Positions 46,601 to 57,566 of a stretch of 64,000 nucleotides of DNA are shown here, in pieces. The notes beneath the pieces were generated by a model. The model was not told the origin of the DNA. It saw only the letters and a list, made by a program, of their open reading frames with translations, and did not search any database. Source of the DNA: Chrysochromulina tobinii (taxonomy: Eukaryota); the NCBI GenBank assembly GCA_001275005.1, contig JWZX01003398.1, forward strand, positions 1-64,000, in the 5' to 3' direction. Both the position numbers and the translations under genes were made by a program. Position 1 is the first letter of the stretch; the number at the start of each line of letters is the position of its first letter.

Positions 46601-49600
46601 GGGTCCCGTTGGAGACGCGCAGAATGTACGCCGGAGCTTGTGCGTGTTTGCGCACTCGACCTCGCTGCCGATTCCGTGGCTGCAGTATGAGACCGCCGTG
46701 GATAGCGCGAGCAGCACCGTTCCGTCAAAGCTCCTCGCGCACGTCGACGAGGACATCGCCGCCGCCATGCTTGCCATGGAGCCGAGAGAGTTTTACTACG
46801 TCGCTCGCGCTCTGGATACCTTTGAAGCCTTTGCGGAGGAGTATGGGTGCTTGGAGGAGCCAACAGAGGCGGCCCTGCTAACACCAAAATACGGTGCTGG
46901 ACCGCTCACATACAGGAGCAGCACTATTGTCAAAGATTCAATCGGCGGCGCGACCTCGGTCAACACGTTTTCGGGCGATGACATCTCAGACACGGTTGAG
47001 AACCCCACGCCCACGGCGATGGCGCTCCCAAGGAAACCATTCACCGGCAGCTCGCCTTCAGACTATCCACTCTACTACTTCCACCACGTGCCGAAGACTG
47101 GCGGGACTACGCTCAGCGACTATCTCATGCAGCTCCCTCGACAGTACAAGGTGCCCGGGTCGGAGCGCTCGGGCGCATTCAACGTATCCATCTTCAGGAG
47201 GGCAGAAGATGAGGTGGCCATGCGACGAAACTGTCTCATCGCATTCAGCCACATGCAGGTGCGCTCGTTTATGGACGTCATTCGTCGGTCCAAACTAGCA
47301 GACAGGAAGATCGAAGTCATCTTCATGATGCGTGATATCCTCCCTCATCGCGTGTCGTTCTTCCACGAGATGATCGGGCCAGAGGCGCACGGCCACGACC
47401 AAGCTGACCTCGATGCCGGAAAGACTGTCGCACGCCCGTATGTGGACTTCGCAACGTGGGCTGCGAAGGACATCGACCCTGAGATGGCGCAAGTGGCTTG
47501 GTTGACAAACCATTCACATGAGACGGAGGACTTTGCGCCAGTTGCCACAGCTGAGTGCATAAAGGACCAAAACTGCCGCGACCCGAAGATGGACAGCTTC
47601 CAGCTCAGACCCCTTTACAAATTGAACTTTGCCTGGGCGAATGTCCCCATCCAGGAGGTTCATGAGCAGCTTCATGCTGAGCATCCTCTCGAATCGTGCG
47701 CACCCTTTGCAGCTACCGACGGGCAAGAGAACGAGGTGCTCTTCCGTCACTGTCCAAATGCTACTGCAGACGTGGGTCTCGCTCTCATCGGGCATCTGAG
47801 CCTTATGCGCGAGACGCTCTGCCTGATCGACCACATGCTGGGCGTGCCCGTACCGTGGAACGGAGTCGCCCACCAGGGAATGAACTGGCGCTTCAAGAAG
47901 CTCCGGCCGATGGATGCCGAGAGCAGCTTCGACAGCTCCTCGGCCAACGAGCTTCTGTCACGCGAATCTCGTGAGCTCATCTTCAACTCGATGACCAAAT
48001 CCAAGCTCATGGAGCAGGCGGCCATCTACCATTGCGGCCCGCCGCCGCCGCCACCCGCCGCAGAGCCGCCTTCGACGATCCTACCACCATGGGATGCGGC
48101 CGCTGAATTACCACGCGAGAGACTCTACTTGGCCGACGAGATGTCGAAGCTAGCTGGAGGAACGGTGGAACCTCCCTGGCGGCACCGGACCTCATTTTCG
48201 AAGTGCGGGGAGGAGAGAATGGTCACCAGCGAAGAATCCGCAGCTGAGGTCGGTCTCCTCTCGACGTGCGATCCAGAGTCGTGCCTTGTCATGTCGTCTG
48301 GCTGCGGCTCACGTCCCGAGTGCCAGGGCTGCGGCTCGCTGTGCCATGGAAGCTCCTCATCGGACGCCAGTGCGTGGTCCTTGGATGGGTTGGCCACAGG
48401 GCTCTCAGTGTATGGCACGGACCCCATCGGCACCGTGAAGACCGAGAACCGCTCGCTTTGGCGCAATGTTAACCTCATTGTCAGGTGGTCGGACTTCGAG
48501 CCGAAACCAGACGAATTCGACTGGGCAGCATTCGACTCGCTGCTGCTCGACGTTACGAAGAGGAACAAACCGTTCGCAGTGGGGATCACCTTTCTCTCGG
48601 GTCCGAACTACTACCCTCAATGGCTCTTTGAGTCGCCGTTCGAGGTGACCAAGTACGCTGAGGTCTGCGGACACCGGGAATGGAACGTGAAAGACGCCGA
48701 TGCGTGTAATGAAACCGCGTTCGCGGTGCCCAATTTCCACGATGTCACCTACATGGCTCGCTACAAGCGCGCGCACAAGGCGCTCGCGTCGAAGCTCAGT
48801 GATATGCGCGTCATCAACAGCCAGCTCAGGCTTCTGTTTTTGCAAGCGTCCATTGGAAGCGGCATTCAGAACGCGCCAGTCTACTTCCACCCAAATCAAA
48901 CCGAAGCGGACTACGTCTGGACGGATCCTCAGGGTGTTTCGACGCCCGCGGATGCGAGCTGGGATCAGTGCGGCACCTGCGGTTTCGATGCGTTCGCTCC
49001 GCCTCGCAATGTGTCCTTGGATCAGTTCTGGTGCCCGAGCGGTGCTACAAGCACGGGTATCATCGTTTCTCGGCGGCCGGCCTTCGAGCAGTACGCCCAG
49101 AGCCTGACCGCATTCCTTTACAATGACGTCTACGCGACGCACATCGAGGACGCCGGGATGCGGCTGATGGTGACGAGCGACTATCCGACGACATGGGTGA
49201 ACTTCGCAAATGGAATGAATAGTGCCGGCCAGACTGAGAAGCGGATGCAAGATGTGCAGCTGTTTACCAATGAGTGGCTCGATGCGAATGCCCCCGGCTC
49301 TTGGCTGATGCGCAGCAAAGAGGGCGAGGGCGCCGGGGTGTCAGGTGAACGCACGCGCGCCGCCCACTCAATCCTTAACGTCTTCAGGGTGACGGAGGAT
49401 GGACCCGTGCGCGCCCGTGCCGACCTGGACAAGTTCTGGTGCTGGACGGGCGAGGAGGGGAGCCGCGGACAGCTGGGCGCGGAGCCGGTCGCGAAAAGCT
49501 GCCTGATGCAGAACTGGCACCTGTATGCTGTAGCCATGTGGGCGCTCACAACTCGCATCGACTACTGGAACATTCCGCTCACAGCTGCAAAGCAGCAGCT

Positions 49601-52022
49601 GACGGGAACTGACTTTGATGGCGTGTGGAGGTTTCTGAATCGCTACAGTGGTGTCCGCTGGGGCTGGCAGTCTCCGGGGGCTTGGATCGGCTTCCGGGAC
49701 GGCCTCGACACGCTCGACGCGGAGCGCTTCTCCGAGGCCAAGTTCGGCGCGCTACCCAGAAACTGGCGAACGATGTCCTTGCGCGCATCGCAGTCGCCTG
49801 AGAGCCAAGCGTTGCTTCTGAATCGGCAGCGTTCGATCTGCCACTCGTTGGCAGCGTATGGTTGTCGTCTAGAGATAGACGAGGCCACCGACCTTGGCAA
49901 GGTAGCACTAGCTTATGGCAACGGCACCAACGACGTCAACCCAGACGTTTGGCGGAGCGACTACGGCATGTTCATGCAACGCCTGGACAACAGCTCCGGA
50001 AGCGTGGGCTACTGGTGGCAGGGCCCGACAGACCAGCTGTACGGCCGCTTCTCGCGGGGCTTCGCGCGCCCGCAAGCGACTATTGAGCTCTTGCTGGACC
50101 AGGGACTGTGGGGTGGGCTCCCGCTGACCCCACTGTGGAATGGGGAGCCAAGGCTTGTTCACCTCACTGTGCGCCTCGTGTTCCTCGACAGCTCAGTCGG
50201 CAAGTTTTTCCTTGGGTACGACGCCTTGGACGGCCCCCGGGGATGGGTGGTCGACACCAAAGGCACGTCGCGCTGGCGGGAGGTCACCTTTGCTATCGAC
50301 AATGGACGCTTTGCCCGCGGTGACGGTAGCGGGCCCAATGGTGCCGACGTGTGGCTGCGCGACATGAGCCCATGTGACAGTTGGACCGACGCCGACTGCG
50401 CTCAGAAGCCGACGCTCTTTGACAGCCTCGAAGTGGTTGATGTGGCGAGGGACCAATCAGTTGTTGACCCCGCGCAGTTTATCGACGAAGATCATCACGT
50501 GCGGGTAGACCCTGAGCAACTTGTTGGTGAAGATCATGATTACTACGTGCTCCCCGCGAACCCCGCACCTCCCTTGCTCGCCGCCAGTGCACCGTGCCAC
50601 TGGGGACACGACACCCTGGACGTGCCGTGCGCCCTGTGGGCCCACCAGGGCGAGTGCAAACTTATCCCTGAGTTTATGCACGCTAAGTGTGCTGCGTCAT
50701 GTGGCTGCCCCGCGCCTGATTTTACTCGAACGAGTCTGACCTCGTCCACCATCGCCGCGGAAAAAGCAGTGGCAGACCGAGCGGCGGCGGAGAAGGCGGC
50801 GGCAGAGCGTGCGGTAGCGGAGCGAGCGGCGTGGGAGCGAGCGGCGGCGGAGCGAGCGGCGGCGGAGAAGGCGGAAGCGGAGCGAAGGGCGGCGGAGCGA
50901 GCGGCGGCCCAGAAGTCGGCGGAGGAGGATGCGGCGGCAGAGAAGGCCCAGCCAGCCTCGGGCGGCACACCGGTCCGCACAACTCCCCCGTACCTCAAAA
51001 CACCGACCAGAGTCGATGCGCCAGTCCAGCCACTCCACCTCAACACAGCACCGGCCACAACCGAGATCAAGACACCGGCCACGGTCGAGGAGCCCAAATT
51101 CGCTCCTGGCCCAAGTCCGACGGCACCAGCCTCGGGGACGGCAGTCCGCAGAACAGATGGCAGAACTCCGTGGTACCTCCATACACCGGCACCGTTTGAG
51201 ACGCCGATGACGACCCAGCCGACTGCGCCGGCCATCGCCGAGAACAAAGCACCAACCTTGGTCTATGCGCCGACCTTAGCCACGCCAACCGCGCCGGCCA
51301 CGGCAGTACGCCGAACACCGTGGTACCTCAATACACCGGCCACGGTTGTTACGCCGATCACGACCCAGCCGACCGCACCGGCCATCGCCGAGATCAAAGC
51401 ACCAACCTCGGTCTATGCGCCGACCTTAGCCACGCCAACCGCGCCGGCCACAGCAGTACGCAGAACACCGTGGTACCTCAATACACCGGCCACGGTTGTT
51501 ACGCCGATCACGACTCAGCTGACCGAGAAGGCGGCGGCCGTGAAGGCGGCGGCCGAGAAGGCGGCAGCCGAGAAGGTGGCGTCCGAGAAGGCGGCGGCCG
51601 AGATGGCGGCGGCCGAGAAGGCGGCGGCCGAGAAGGCGGCGGCTGAGAAGGCGGCGGCCGAGACAGAGCGCCTGGCAGCCGAAACAGCAGCAGCCGAGGC
51701 AGCGGAGGCGAAGGGGGCGGCGGCGCGCAAGCCGAGCTTGCTATGGAAGAAGCGATCAACTAGTGCACTTGTGCCAGAGCCCATCAACTTTGCAACTCCG
51801 CTCCCTCTCGATTTTGTACCCGTTCGCAAGCCCAAGTCGCCCGAGGGCAGCGAGGCATCGGGTGAGCATTCCAATACCTTTGCGACTCCGCTCCCTCTCG
51901 ATTTTGTACCCGTTCGCAAGCCCAAGTCGCCCGAGGGCAGCGAGGCGTCGGGTGAGCATTCCAATACCTTTGCAACTCCGCTCCCTCTCGATTTTGTTCC
52001 CGGGCGATTAAAAGCACCATGA
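40692..52022 (+). CDS. Giant 3,776-aa secretory-pathway multidomain protein: ShKT x3, Pro/Thr/Ala repeats, GT8 glycosyltransferase, 3 sulfotransferase-like domains, GH42/GH35-like barrel, AEKAA repeats
   Basis: Sh[12 protein letters not shown]...[11 protein letters not shown]8 RFYLP, DDDIVVQ, NLTEWR and [10 protein letters not shown] (~42330-43460). [14 protein letters not shown]-binding loop (~47080). [17 protein letters not shown]...PQWL (~48490). Confidence 0.85.
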   Translation: MANATLSSTAVTTTASYRPYRARARQTARGRANVSALACVMACMVSSAAGYSVTPTTDSVIFDTTIDLRKKASQDEYGHDDKDVPCAMWAKQGECKRIPVYMHSNCPVSCGVSAPAPSSSLSSTRPTSGESKDGCSSWCAEHTGALEVKCSFIPCSKCAECESHNDASFNEPRVGAWPTSGHKTVSKTPAATAHAPSSTKTVLAKPTSKDKTDLKAPTTIAPAPTPALATVVKAPTPETATVVKAPTLAPAKMVTKPTVGNASDLHAPTAVQTPSSKPTVGNASDLHAPTTVHAPTLAKPTVGNASDLHAPTSVYAPSLAKPTVGNASGLHAPSTTVYAPSLAKPTVGNASDLHSPTAVHAPSSTKPASGDKAEPSDLNLPTSVDAPSTITPKTEGCTDAKDMPCAAWAQKGECQRIPVFMLSMCASSCGCLTPAAARQLLMNMDLLRRDPETPTTVQTPSSKPTVGNASDLHAPTTVHAPTLAKPTVGNASGLHAPTTVHAPTLAKPTVGNESGLHAPTAVYAPTLAMPTAGHKTDLNSPTNKQRTTVVIMSDRFEAVVVAIGSLFMNSPESDIDVWLIGDMQREAKGNVSLLQRLNAALQPQAPEQTISVMGIDEATALLEEDGVTPVWKWPQFGSLGADQDQDHKPETVLRPEPWDYDNMHHDPFNLIRFYLPYLGPFRELDSLFLCDDDIVVQKSISTLEVPMGDGPIIAATCNGWLWAEDCMRNEPYYNGKGWLDYPATYLGKDKAHGYSGCTKKASESGNRICQKDEFAETVMRWSKKFNGKELIPADQPRWNFGLSRVNLTEWRKQNMTHVFDSYMRANYEAKLIPETSLAFGLGIPFFAFADKIKCWNDVVGDPAFVDGLGYISKADLSLNNLNASEVLGQANVLHWSGRNKPFDPQSEMELELYKPFDDVQEYYVGRSQKLYAKGSELKTQQIVAPESGLHAIVRQTPDASKQSTRSLLYADPYSGAEWFLELLDETPDVCASGSTGNPTVAFAGESFIPPHFEAVQNAIPVCAQKRACLWSFIAQNVPRYVEQRHSWCPHTRRGGGEVGTLDLFDTTLDLFEIHDMHGQMLCSWADRLQTMYPNRTSYSDLGGIQTLWNLYEHNVFSMATDLVPCTQACGFKPVRMLKFLRAWAQPMMNGSEPAYSWRDNGDAPKIFVGDFAGEHCHGEALPGGGCDGSESYLPTINWDAYKIVELIRWNLLDRCLAQTEFAIGINEDPTFTTQSSNVETGDVDLDDLLRCMRYSSAQRDADLLRLNVFSGERLADWMTLPYEMCSMPSHIQGCVDAAAAHVNEQAFRIVERPHSVATATEQAHMTSTSALVEDLKRRRWRRSKGNQLETRRRVSVQGDGGETQPDSVRSMPTIDADWLSKYQEDSLHSARVPERIFAQEHAERTDGDHFVTALQRYIRAPPPPPIKRVASSRQCCLEGLSTFQKCLLKGIPVCCKPWDQACLRMQAGGGIDPVTGKYVPGPNFDPKYDPTKVGPPPAGWRAPPAGKTYSYDDDDENGGGRKKCKKGQPCKAGEDGDTYSYGDEAGGGGGKKKCRDKKGKIIPCPAAGEGEEGDTYSYGDEAGGGGKKKCRDKKGKIIPCPAAGEGEEGDTYSYDENGGGKKKCKDKKGKIIPCPAAGAGEEGDTYTYDENGNRKKCIPKPGKPCPVGEGGAGEEGDVNGGRKKPVAGGGEGEEGDEDENGARRRSPPPSGSPGSEGSPDDGSRAPRAPSGAGYGFHGFTRRTIRRGTVLELAAADVEHGRTSRSSRWLGVANAEQLSAGLIHAGFATFIQPIYCFAWEAHADGNEIAKYLAKLPEQYIVPGSSASTAFNARVFKDEFDEEVDARTHALIAFGQVDDATWVHKVRAATSRPVVLLGLMRDVLAHRVQLFYSDDARRHMAERSSSTFVKAMLHSWMQSGEYPRDAQLEYMYGLNATLRELPIDDVWKARNASAVASGVDVDNIAPAASVYVGPVGDAQNVRRSLCVFAHSTSLPIPWLQYETAVDSASSTVPSKLLAHVDEDIAAAMLAMEPREFYYVARALDTFEAFAEEYGCLEEPTEAALLTPKYGAGPLTYRSSTIVKDSIGGATSVNTFSGDDISDTVENPTPTAMALPRKPFTGSSPSDYPLYYFHHVPKTGGTTLSDYLMQLPRQYKVPGSERSGAFNVSIFRRAEDEVAMRRNCLIAFSHMQVRSFMDVIRRSKLADRKIEVIFMMRDILPHRVSFFHEMIGPEAHGHDQADLDAGKTVARPYVDFATWAAKDIDPEMAQVAWLTNHSHETEDFAPVATAECIKDQNCRDPKMDSFQLRPLYKLNFAWANVPIQEVHEQLHAEHPLESCAPFAATDGQENEVLFRHCPNATADVGLALIGHLSLMRETLCLIDHMLGVPVPWNGVAHQGMNWRFKKLRPMDAESSFDSSSANELLSRESRELIFNSMTKSKLMEQAAIYHCGPPPPPPAAEPPSTILPPWDAAAELPRERLYLADEMSKLAGGTVEPPWRHRTSFSKCGEERMVTSEESAAEVGLLSTCDPESCLVMSSGCGSRPECQGCGSLCHGSSSSDASAWSLDGLATGLSVYGTDPIGTVKTENRSLWRNVNLIVRWSDFEPKPDEFDWAAFDSLLLDVTKRNKPFAVGITFLSGPNYYPQWLFESPFEVTKYAEVCGHREWNVKDADACNETAFAVPNFHDVTYMARYKRAHKALASKLSDMRVINSQLRLLFLQASIGSGIQNAPVYFHPNQTEADYVWTDPQGVSTPADASWDQCGTCGFDAFAPPRNVSLDQFWCPSGATSTGIIVSRRPAFEQYAQSLTAFLYNDVYATHIEDAGMRLMVTSDYPTTWVNFANGMNSAGQTEKRMQDVQLFTNEWLDANAPGSWLMRSKEGEGAGVSGERTRAAHSILNVFRVTEDGPVRARADLDKFWCWTGEEGSRGQLGAEPVAKSCLMQNWHLYAVAMWALTTRIDYWNIPLTAAKQQLTGTDFDGVWRFLNRYSGVRWGWQSPGAWIGFRDGLDTLDAERFSEAKFGALPRNWRTMSLRASQSPESQALLLNRQRSICHSLAAYGCRLEIDEATDLGKVALAYGNGTNDVNPDVWRSDYGMFMQRLDNSSGSVGYWWQGPTDQLYGRFSRGFARPQATIELLLDQGLWGGLPLTPLWNGEPRLVHLTVRLVFLDSSVGKFFLGYDALDGPRGWVVDTKGTSRWREVTFAIDNGRFARGDGSGPNGADVWLRDMSPCDSWTDADCAQKPTLFDSLEVVDVARDQSVVDPAQFIDEDHHVRVDPEQLVGEDHDYYVLPANPAPPLLAASAPCHWGHDTLDVPCALWAHQGECKLIPEFMHAKCAASCGCPAPDFTRTSLTSSTIAAEKAVADRAAAEKAAAERAVAERAAWERAAAERAAAEKAEAERRAAERAAAQKSAEEDAAAEKAQPASGGTPVRTTPPYLKTPTRVDAPVQPLHLNTAPATTEIKTPATVEEPKFAPGPSPTAPASGTAVRRTDGRTPWYLHTPAPFETPMTTQPTAPAIAENKAPTLVYAPTLATPTAPATAVRRTPWYLNTPATVVTPITTQPTAPAIAEIKAPTSVYAPTLATPTAPATAVRRTPWYLNTPATVVTPITTQLTEKAAAVKAAAEKAAAEKVASEKAAAEMAAAEKAAAEKAAAEKAAAETERLAAETAAAEAAEAKGAAARKPSLLWKKRSTSALVPEPINFATPLPLDFVPVRKPKSPEGSEASGEHSNTFATPLPLDFVPVRKPKSPEGSEASGEHSNTFATPLPLDFVPGRLKAP
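45210..45790 (+). repeat. Coding tandem repeats [36 protein letters not shown], ~110-125 bp unit
   Basis: Visible in DNA and translation; locally A/G-rich. Confidence 0.9.
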
Positions 52023-52485
52023 GCCTGAACCAGCCTGAATGAAGATGGCCTGATTCAGGTTGAAATAACCGTACGTGCCATTTGCATGTGTTGGTCGAGT
52101 TGATGTTTGCATGTACAAAGCGTGTTTAATCTACTACTTTTCAGCACACGGCTCGAGTCATCAGTCAACAATAACGGACACGGCTCACGGCGACACGGGT
52201 CGGGGAATCATGATTCAAGTACTAGCGACAAGACTGGCGTGTAACTGTGGTCCCGAGCGTATCTCGGCGTGCGAGCGACCTACGCCTTTATCGACAGTCC
52301 CTTTCCTAAAGAGGAGTAACCGGACCGGCGACCCTCGGCACGGTTAGCGCGTGGCCCTTGCTGTTCACGTTCACGTTCACACCAGGGGTGAAGTGCCGCC
52401 CGGTTTGCCGTGAAAGTCGAAAATCCCACAACCCGGAAGACTCACGAGGCCCAAAACGCTCGCGGTCGCGGCGACCGCAGTGACG

Positions 52486-53802
52486 ATGTCGTCACTGCTT
52501 ACAGCTGTCCTTTCATTTACCGCTCCCGTGAGGAAACCTTATCCACTGGTTTGGGATGGCGTGTTGTCACCCGACACGCTCGGTGTGCTCATCACCGCTG
52601 GCGAGCAACGAGGGCACGTCTTCACGTCCGTTTTCGACCGCGGTGAATCAGTGGACAAGCCAGGGCGTACAGTCATCGAGGTGGCATTGTGCTCAATTCT
52701 CGAGCAGATGGGGGACGAGAGCCGCTACCTCGAATACTGGTGGCGAGGCGATTCCAAGGGCATGGAGGTGCACCGCGACGTGGACGAAGCCTTGTGCCGA
52801 AGCCACCGTGTGGGAGACATAGGCGTCCAGCGATGCCCGTCTCACGGTCATGTGCTCTATCTGGACATCGAATCGGGCGTGCGTGGGCCGACGTGCGTGT
52901 GGGAAGAGGAGCCCGACCATAGCGACAATGCTGCAATCCTCGCCGCAGGCGCACGCCGCGACCCTCGCTCCGGCCCGCCGCGTTCCTTGAGCACCCTTCA
53001 CGTGGTGCCTGCAGTGGCTGGCCGGCTCCTGCGCTTCGACGGTGCAAGCCTGCACTCGGTACTGGGCCCCAAGTGCGCGCTGCTCGAGACTTCCGGCACC
53101 GCGCACATCCCGCCGGGCGCGGGAGTGCGCCGCGCCGTCCTCCTCTTCAACACGTGGTGGTGCGACCCGCCCGGGTTGCCATCGCCACAGGACCCTGCCG
53201 CACCCAAGGCTGTGGCGGCGCTCGCCGCGCTGCCGATGCGCCCGTCGTGCGAGCCGGGGAGTGCGTGGCGTGCCGTCGTCCCCACGGTCGAAGAAGAGAA
53301 GGAGGAGGAGGCGAGTACCACGACGCTCATCAAGGCCGCGCTGCTGGGGGATCTGACGCGACGTGGGTGCGAAGCGGCGAGTCTCACCGCCCGTGTGGGC
53401 ACCAGAGCGATCGAGGCCGCCCTCGCCTCCGAGGCCGCCGTCCATTCGGTTCGGCTGCTGTCGACCCACGCCAAGCGAGGCGACGGAGAGGCCGGGCCGC
53501 TCGCTGCGGCGCTCGGAGGTGACGGCCTCGGCAACTTGGGCATGGACTTGGGCGACTTCGGAGGCGTCAGCGGCGATTCCAGCGGCGGGACGGTGGAGAT
53601 AGATGAGGAGGAGGAGCTTGCGATGCGGCTCGGGCACGCGGCCCACCTAGAGTCCGAGTTCTGGGGCGTCGATGACGCGGAGGACGACTTCGAGCTCGAC
53701 GACGACAACGAGGAGGGCGAGCAGGGCTCGCCGACCGACCTCTCGTGGGCCAACTTTGTAGCGGCGCGGAAGGAGTTGGAAACGGGGGGCGATGCAGCTT
53801 AG
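52486..53802 (+). CDS. 2OG-Fe(II) oxygenase-like protein with a targeting peptide and acidic C-terminus
   Basis: EYWWR...HRDVDE (HxD), HVLYL...GPT, GRLLRFDGASLHSV (distal His) and RAVLLFNTW. Confidence 0.65.
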   Translation: MSSLLTAVLSFTAPVRKPYPLVWDGVLSPDTLGVLITAGEQRGHVFTSVFDRGESVDKPGRTVIEVALCSILEQMGDESRYLEYWWRGDSKGMEVHRDVDEALCRSHRVGDIGVQRCPSHGHVLYLDIESGVRGPTCVWEEEPDHSDNAAILAAGARRDPRSGPPRSLSTLHVVPAVAGRLLRFDGASLHSVLGPKCALLETSGTAHIPPGAGVRRAVLLFNTWWCDPPGLPSPQDPAAPKAVAALAALPMRPSCEPGSAWRAVVPTVEEEKEEEASTTTLIKAALLGDLTRRGCEAASLTARVGTRAIEAALASEAAVHSVRLLSTHAKRGDGEAGPLAAALGGDGLGNLGMDLGDFGGVSGDSSGGTVEIDEEEELAMRLGHAAHLESEFWGVDDAEDDFELDDDNEEGEQGSPTDLSWANFVAARKELETGGDAA

Positions 53803-53974
53803 AGAGAGGGACGAGCGCACACGGTTTCTCTAACTGGATAAAGTGAAAAGAGCTTTCCGCAAATCAACGCGGCGCGATGACGATTGACGTCCGCGGCCGC
53901 GCGCGCGCACTGCTGGCTTCATAGATCATTTATCCAGACGGCTGCTCGCACGGGTCGGGTAGGGGTACGTTAGA

Positions 53975-54010
<36 letters not shown>

Positions 54011-54139
54011 GGCTTGGGGGGCCGGAGTTGCGACGTGTTTGTGAATGAACGGAGTGTGGTGAGGAATTCATGGCCGCACGTTCAGCGATGTTGACGAGCA
54101 AGAAACGAGGCGTCGGCGAGGCCTTGCGGTCCGTGCGCG

Positions 54140-57109
54140 ATGGCTCGGCCAGAGGAGAAATCCGCGTACGGCAGCGAGTTCTCGGTATATGCGCACGGCC
54201 ACCTGGGCACCTCTCCGCCGATCTCGCCGCGCTCCTATGACCGGCTCGGAGCCGGCGACTTTGCCTGGCGCTGGGAGGACCGGACTGCTGCGTTGCGAGA
54301 GCATTCTGCGCCTTGGGTAGACGATATATGTGGTATGCTCGAAGACGTGACACGGAAGCAGGTGCGACTGGACGAGACGCGCCGCATCGCCGACGAGAAG
54401 GCGGCCGTGCTGCTGAGGATGTTTGATGACCTGCGCGAGATGGCGAATGACACTCCACGCGAAGACCTGGCGATACCCCCGAACATGCTGACGTACAGCC
54501 TGCACAAGGCAATCGCCGACTCGCCACGCGCGGTAGCCGCGCGCACCATCCGCGAGGCACCCGGGCCGCTCGCAGGCCATCTGGCGATTCACACGAGGCC
54601 CAAGTATGCCCGGCCGCCGCGTGTCATAAGCGTCACGCCGGCCGCTCCCGCCGCTGGCGCACCGCCGGCGACGATCGCTGCCACGCCCGCCCCGCACTCG
54701 CCGCGCTCACCGCGTGCCGGTCGCGCTGCTGCTGCCGCAGCCATACCCTCGACGCGCGCTAGCCGCATGGCAGCGCGCTCGTGGACCGGTCCTGCGTGGG
54801 CAGGCGCTGGCGGCTCGGCAGCAGCGCCGCTCCATCGGCCGCCGCCCCAAGCGCCGTCGGCGGCAGCGCCGCACCATCGGCCGCCGTCTCAAGCATCGTC
54901 GACGGCGGCGCCGCTCCACCGTCCGGCACCGCAGCAGGTGGACGCTCGCGGTGGCTGCGGCGGTGCTGGCGACAACGGTGGTGACGGCGGAAGTGCTGCG
55001 GCAGCGGGCACTGCCGTCACAGCTCTCGAGGGCAGTGGCGGCGGCGCCAGCTCAGAGCTTGGCTTCGCGCTGCCGGCGAGTCTCGAGCGCCTCATCGCGC
55101 AATTGCATGCGGCCGACGCGGCATTCCTCGAGCGGCTGGATGAGACGGCGGTGCTCGAGCATATGCTCGCGCGCGACGCAAAGCTCACTGAGCTGGTCAG
55201 GAAAGGGAACAACACCGATAGGCGGGAGGCGACGCTCGTCGCGACGGCACTCAAAGAGGCCATCGCCCGCGCACATGAGAACCTGTCCTCCGAGCGGCGC
55301 GCCGTGCTGGCGCTGCATGAGGCATCGAAGCGCTGTCAGCGCGCGAGGGATGAACACGTGGCGCGGCTGCAGGAGCGCGCCGGGCGCCATCAGTATGGAG
55401 AATGGCTCAGCGCGAGGCTGCGCACCAAACCCCACCTGAGGGCGGGTGCCTCCGCGGCTTTGGCGACCCCCTGCACCTCCTCGTCCTCCTCATCCTCCAG
55501 TTCCGTCCTCTCCGACCCAGCGCACGTGGCGGGCGAGGGGGCGCCGACGGTTGCGCTCGCCGACCTTGAGGCTCTCGCGGACGACCCTGCGCTACAGACG
55601 AGCCGCGCGTACCGTTGTTGGTACGAGGTCGCGCGCCGGCTGCAGCTGCCGCTCGACAGGCTGATAGCGCTCGCCCTCGAGCGTTGCGAGCAGCTGCGAT
55701 GGCGTGATGAGGCCGAGGCGCGCGTGCAAGAGGCGCGCACGAGGCGCGCCCAACTCGAGGCGCGCCGCTCGATGGCAGAGCAGAACCGTTCGGATGACGA
55801 GGCGACGCAGACGCAGCTCGGCGCAGACGAGGCCAGCCAAACGGAGCGCGTCGCGGCGGGCGCGCGGAAGCTCATGTTCACGGCGTCGGAGAGCGAGAAT
55901 CTCCTCTTACTCGAGCAGCCAGTGACGAACTCGACGAAACCGGATAGCGAGAATCTCCTCTTACTCGAGCGACCAGTGACGAACTCGACGAAACCGGAGA
56001 GCGAGAATCTCCTCTTACACACGCAGCGCGACCAGCTCGAGCGCCGTCTCGGGCTGGTGGAGCGCCAGTCGACGCGCGTGCGCAACGACCTCCTCATGCT
56101 GTGCCAACGCGCCAACGACGCGATGGCTGGGCTGCGCCATCTCGCGGAGCTCGCGAGTCAGTGGAAGCACGAGAGCACGGGTATGGCGGGTGCGGCGGGC
56201 GTGGTGGGTGCACCTGCAGACGAGGCTCCAGCGGCGTCGGCGTCGGCGCGCCGGGCACGCATCGCGCACATGCAGGCTTCGGCTCCACCTGCAGCATCTG
56301 GGGCTATAGCCGCAGCACGACGGAGGCCATCGGCGGAGACCGTCGACGCCGCCGCCGCTGCGGAGGAGCTCGTGGGCCTCCCAGTGGACCCCGAGCTCGT
56401 TCACACCAGCGTCCAGCTGGCCGCCAACGCCATGGAGGCGATGCTCTGCGAGTTTGAGGCGGCGAGCGCTGCCAATCCGCTCGCCGTCGGGCCGACGGGT
56501 CGCCATGCTCTGGCAATGCCGGCAACGCTGCGTGTCGGTGAGCTGCGTGGGACGAGCAACGGCAGCGGCCCGCGGCCCGCACCACCCCTCGGCACACCGT
56601 CGCCGCGGCGGGTGCAGACAATGGGCAACGTTGTCGCGGCGCGGCGGGGCTCGTCGACGCCCGCGGCGGCGCCTCCCATGCGACGGCGACCCACGATTGG
56701 CATTGGCCTCCGCAACGAGAGCCCAGGCCAGACAGGGAAAGGCATCGCGAGCGCGGAGGAGGCGCCGTCGATGCTCCTGACCGTTGGCACTTGGACGGCG
56801 TACAATGCGGCGCCGGCAGACGGGGACGAGGAAGAGGATGATGGCTCGCTGCGCTCCAACTTCAAGCTCAATGAAGAGCACCGCGTCGAGGAGAAGCGCG
56901 AGGCAGAGCGACGCGCCTTGCTGCCGAAGCGGCCGCCGCCTCGGCCACAACCGTCCTACATCACCAAGCAGACGGCCGCCTCGCTTGCCGCAGTGGCAGA
57001 GAGGGCAGCCGAGGCCGGCTCGCTCGAGTACCAAGAGCTCAAGGCCGCGATTCGCGCGGGGCCGCAGCATCGAGCACCGCCACGCCGCCCCCCGCACACG
57101 GCGAGGTGA
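54140..57109 (+). CDS. Hypothetical 989-aa coiled-coil/low-complexity protein
   Basis: Long ATG-initiated ORF with heptad-like stretches; internal 54-bp repeat at 55887-56018. Confidence 0.7.
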   Translation: MARPEEKSAYGSEFSVYAHGHLGTSPPISPRSYDRLGAGDFAWRWEDRTAALREHSAPWVDDICGMLEDVTRKQVRLDETRRIADEKAAVLLRMFDDLREMANDTPREDLAIPPNMLTYSLHKAIADSPRAVAARTIREAPGPLAGHLAIHTRPKYARPPRVISVTPAAPAAGAPPATIAATPAPHSPRSPRAGRAAAAAAIPSTRASRMAARSWTGPAWAGAGGSAAAPLHRPPPQAPSAAAPHHRPPSQASSTAAPLHRPAPQQVDARGGCGGAGDNGGDGGSAAAAGTAVTALEGSGGGASSELGFALPASLERLIAQLHAADAAFLERLDETAVLEHMLARDAKLTELVRKGNNTDRREATLVATALKEAIARAHENLSSERRAVLALHEASKRCQRARDEHVARLQERAGRHQYGEWLSARLRTKPHLRAGASAALATPCTSSSSSSSSSVLSDPAHVAGEGAPTVALADLEALADDPALQTSRAYRCWYEVARRLQLPLDRLIALALERCEQLRWRDEAEARVQEARTRRAQLEARRSMAEQNRSDDEATQTQLGADEASQTERVAAGARKLMFTASESENLLLLEQPVTNSTKPDSENLLLLERPVTNSTKPESENLLLHTQRDQLERRLGLVERQSTRVRNDLLMLCQRANDAMAGLRHLAELASQWKHESTGMAGAAGVVGAPADEAPAASASARRARIAHMQASAPPAASGAIAAARRRPSAETVDAAAAAEELVGLPVDPELVHTSVQLAANAMEAMLCEFEAASAANPLAVGPTGRHALAMPATLRVGELRGTSNGSGPRPAPPLGTPSPRRVQTMGNVVAARRGSSTPAAAPPMRRRPTIGIGLRNESPGQTGKGIASAEEAPSMLLTVGTWTAYNAAPADGDEEEDDGSLRSNFKLNEEHRVEEKREAERRALLPKRPPPRPQPSYITKQTAASLAAVAERAAEAGSLEYQELKAAIRAGPQHRAPPRRPPHTAR

Positions 57110-57566
57110 GCGTCGAGCAGAGCCAAGATGGCGACTCGAAGGGGTTGCGCCGACCGGAGTGACTGTCGTGTCCGTCCACTCGTTTGCCAAAGAGATACTT
57201 ACAGCTAAACGACACCGGAGACGTAGGAGAACGTAGCAGCGCATTAGTCAATAGAGACGAAGTCTCACTCGACTGTCACTCAAATAATATTATTAACGGA
57301 ATGCGCATCTCTCCCGGCCCGGCCGCCCCTCACCGCGCACCGGGGACCGGGCATATCTCGTATTACACAATACACATGGACCCCTCACCCGGTACACGAC
57401 ATATATCAAGCCCCAATCAAAGCGAATGCGCATGATGGGTCTAAACCGCGGGCGGTGAAACCGTACTGCTACATGCCATTGGAAGGGACCCTCGTACAGA
57501 ATGCCGCCGTAGGTGATCAGCGGTTGGCATGGCATATTCTCGCAACTCTCCACCCTCCCACGCTTT

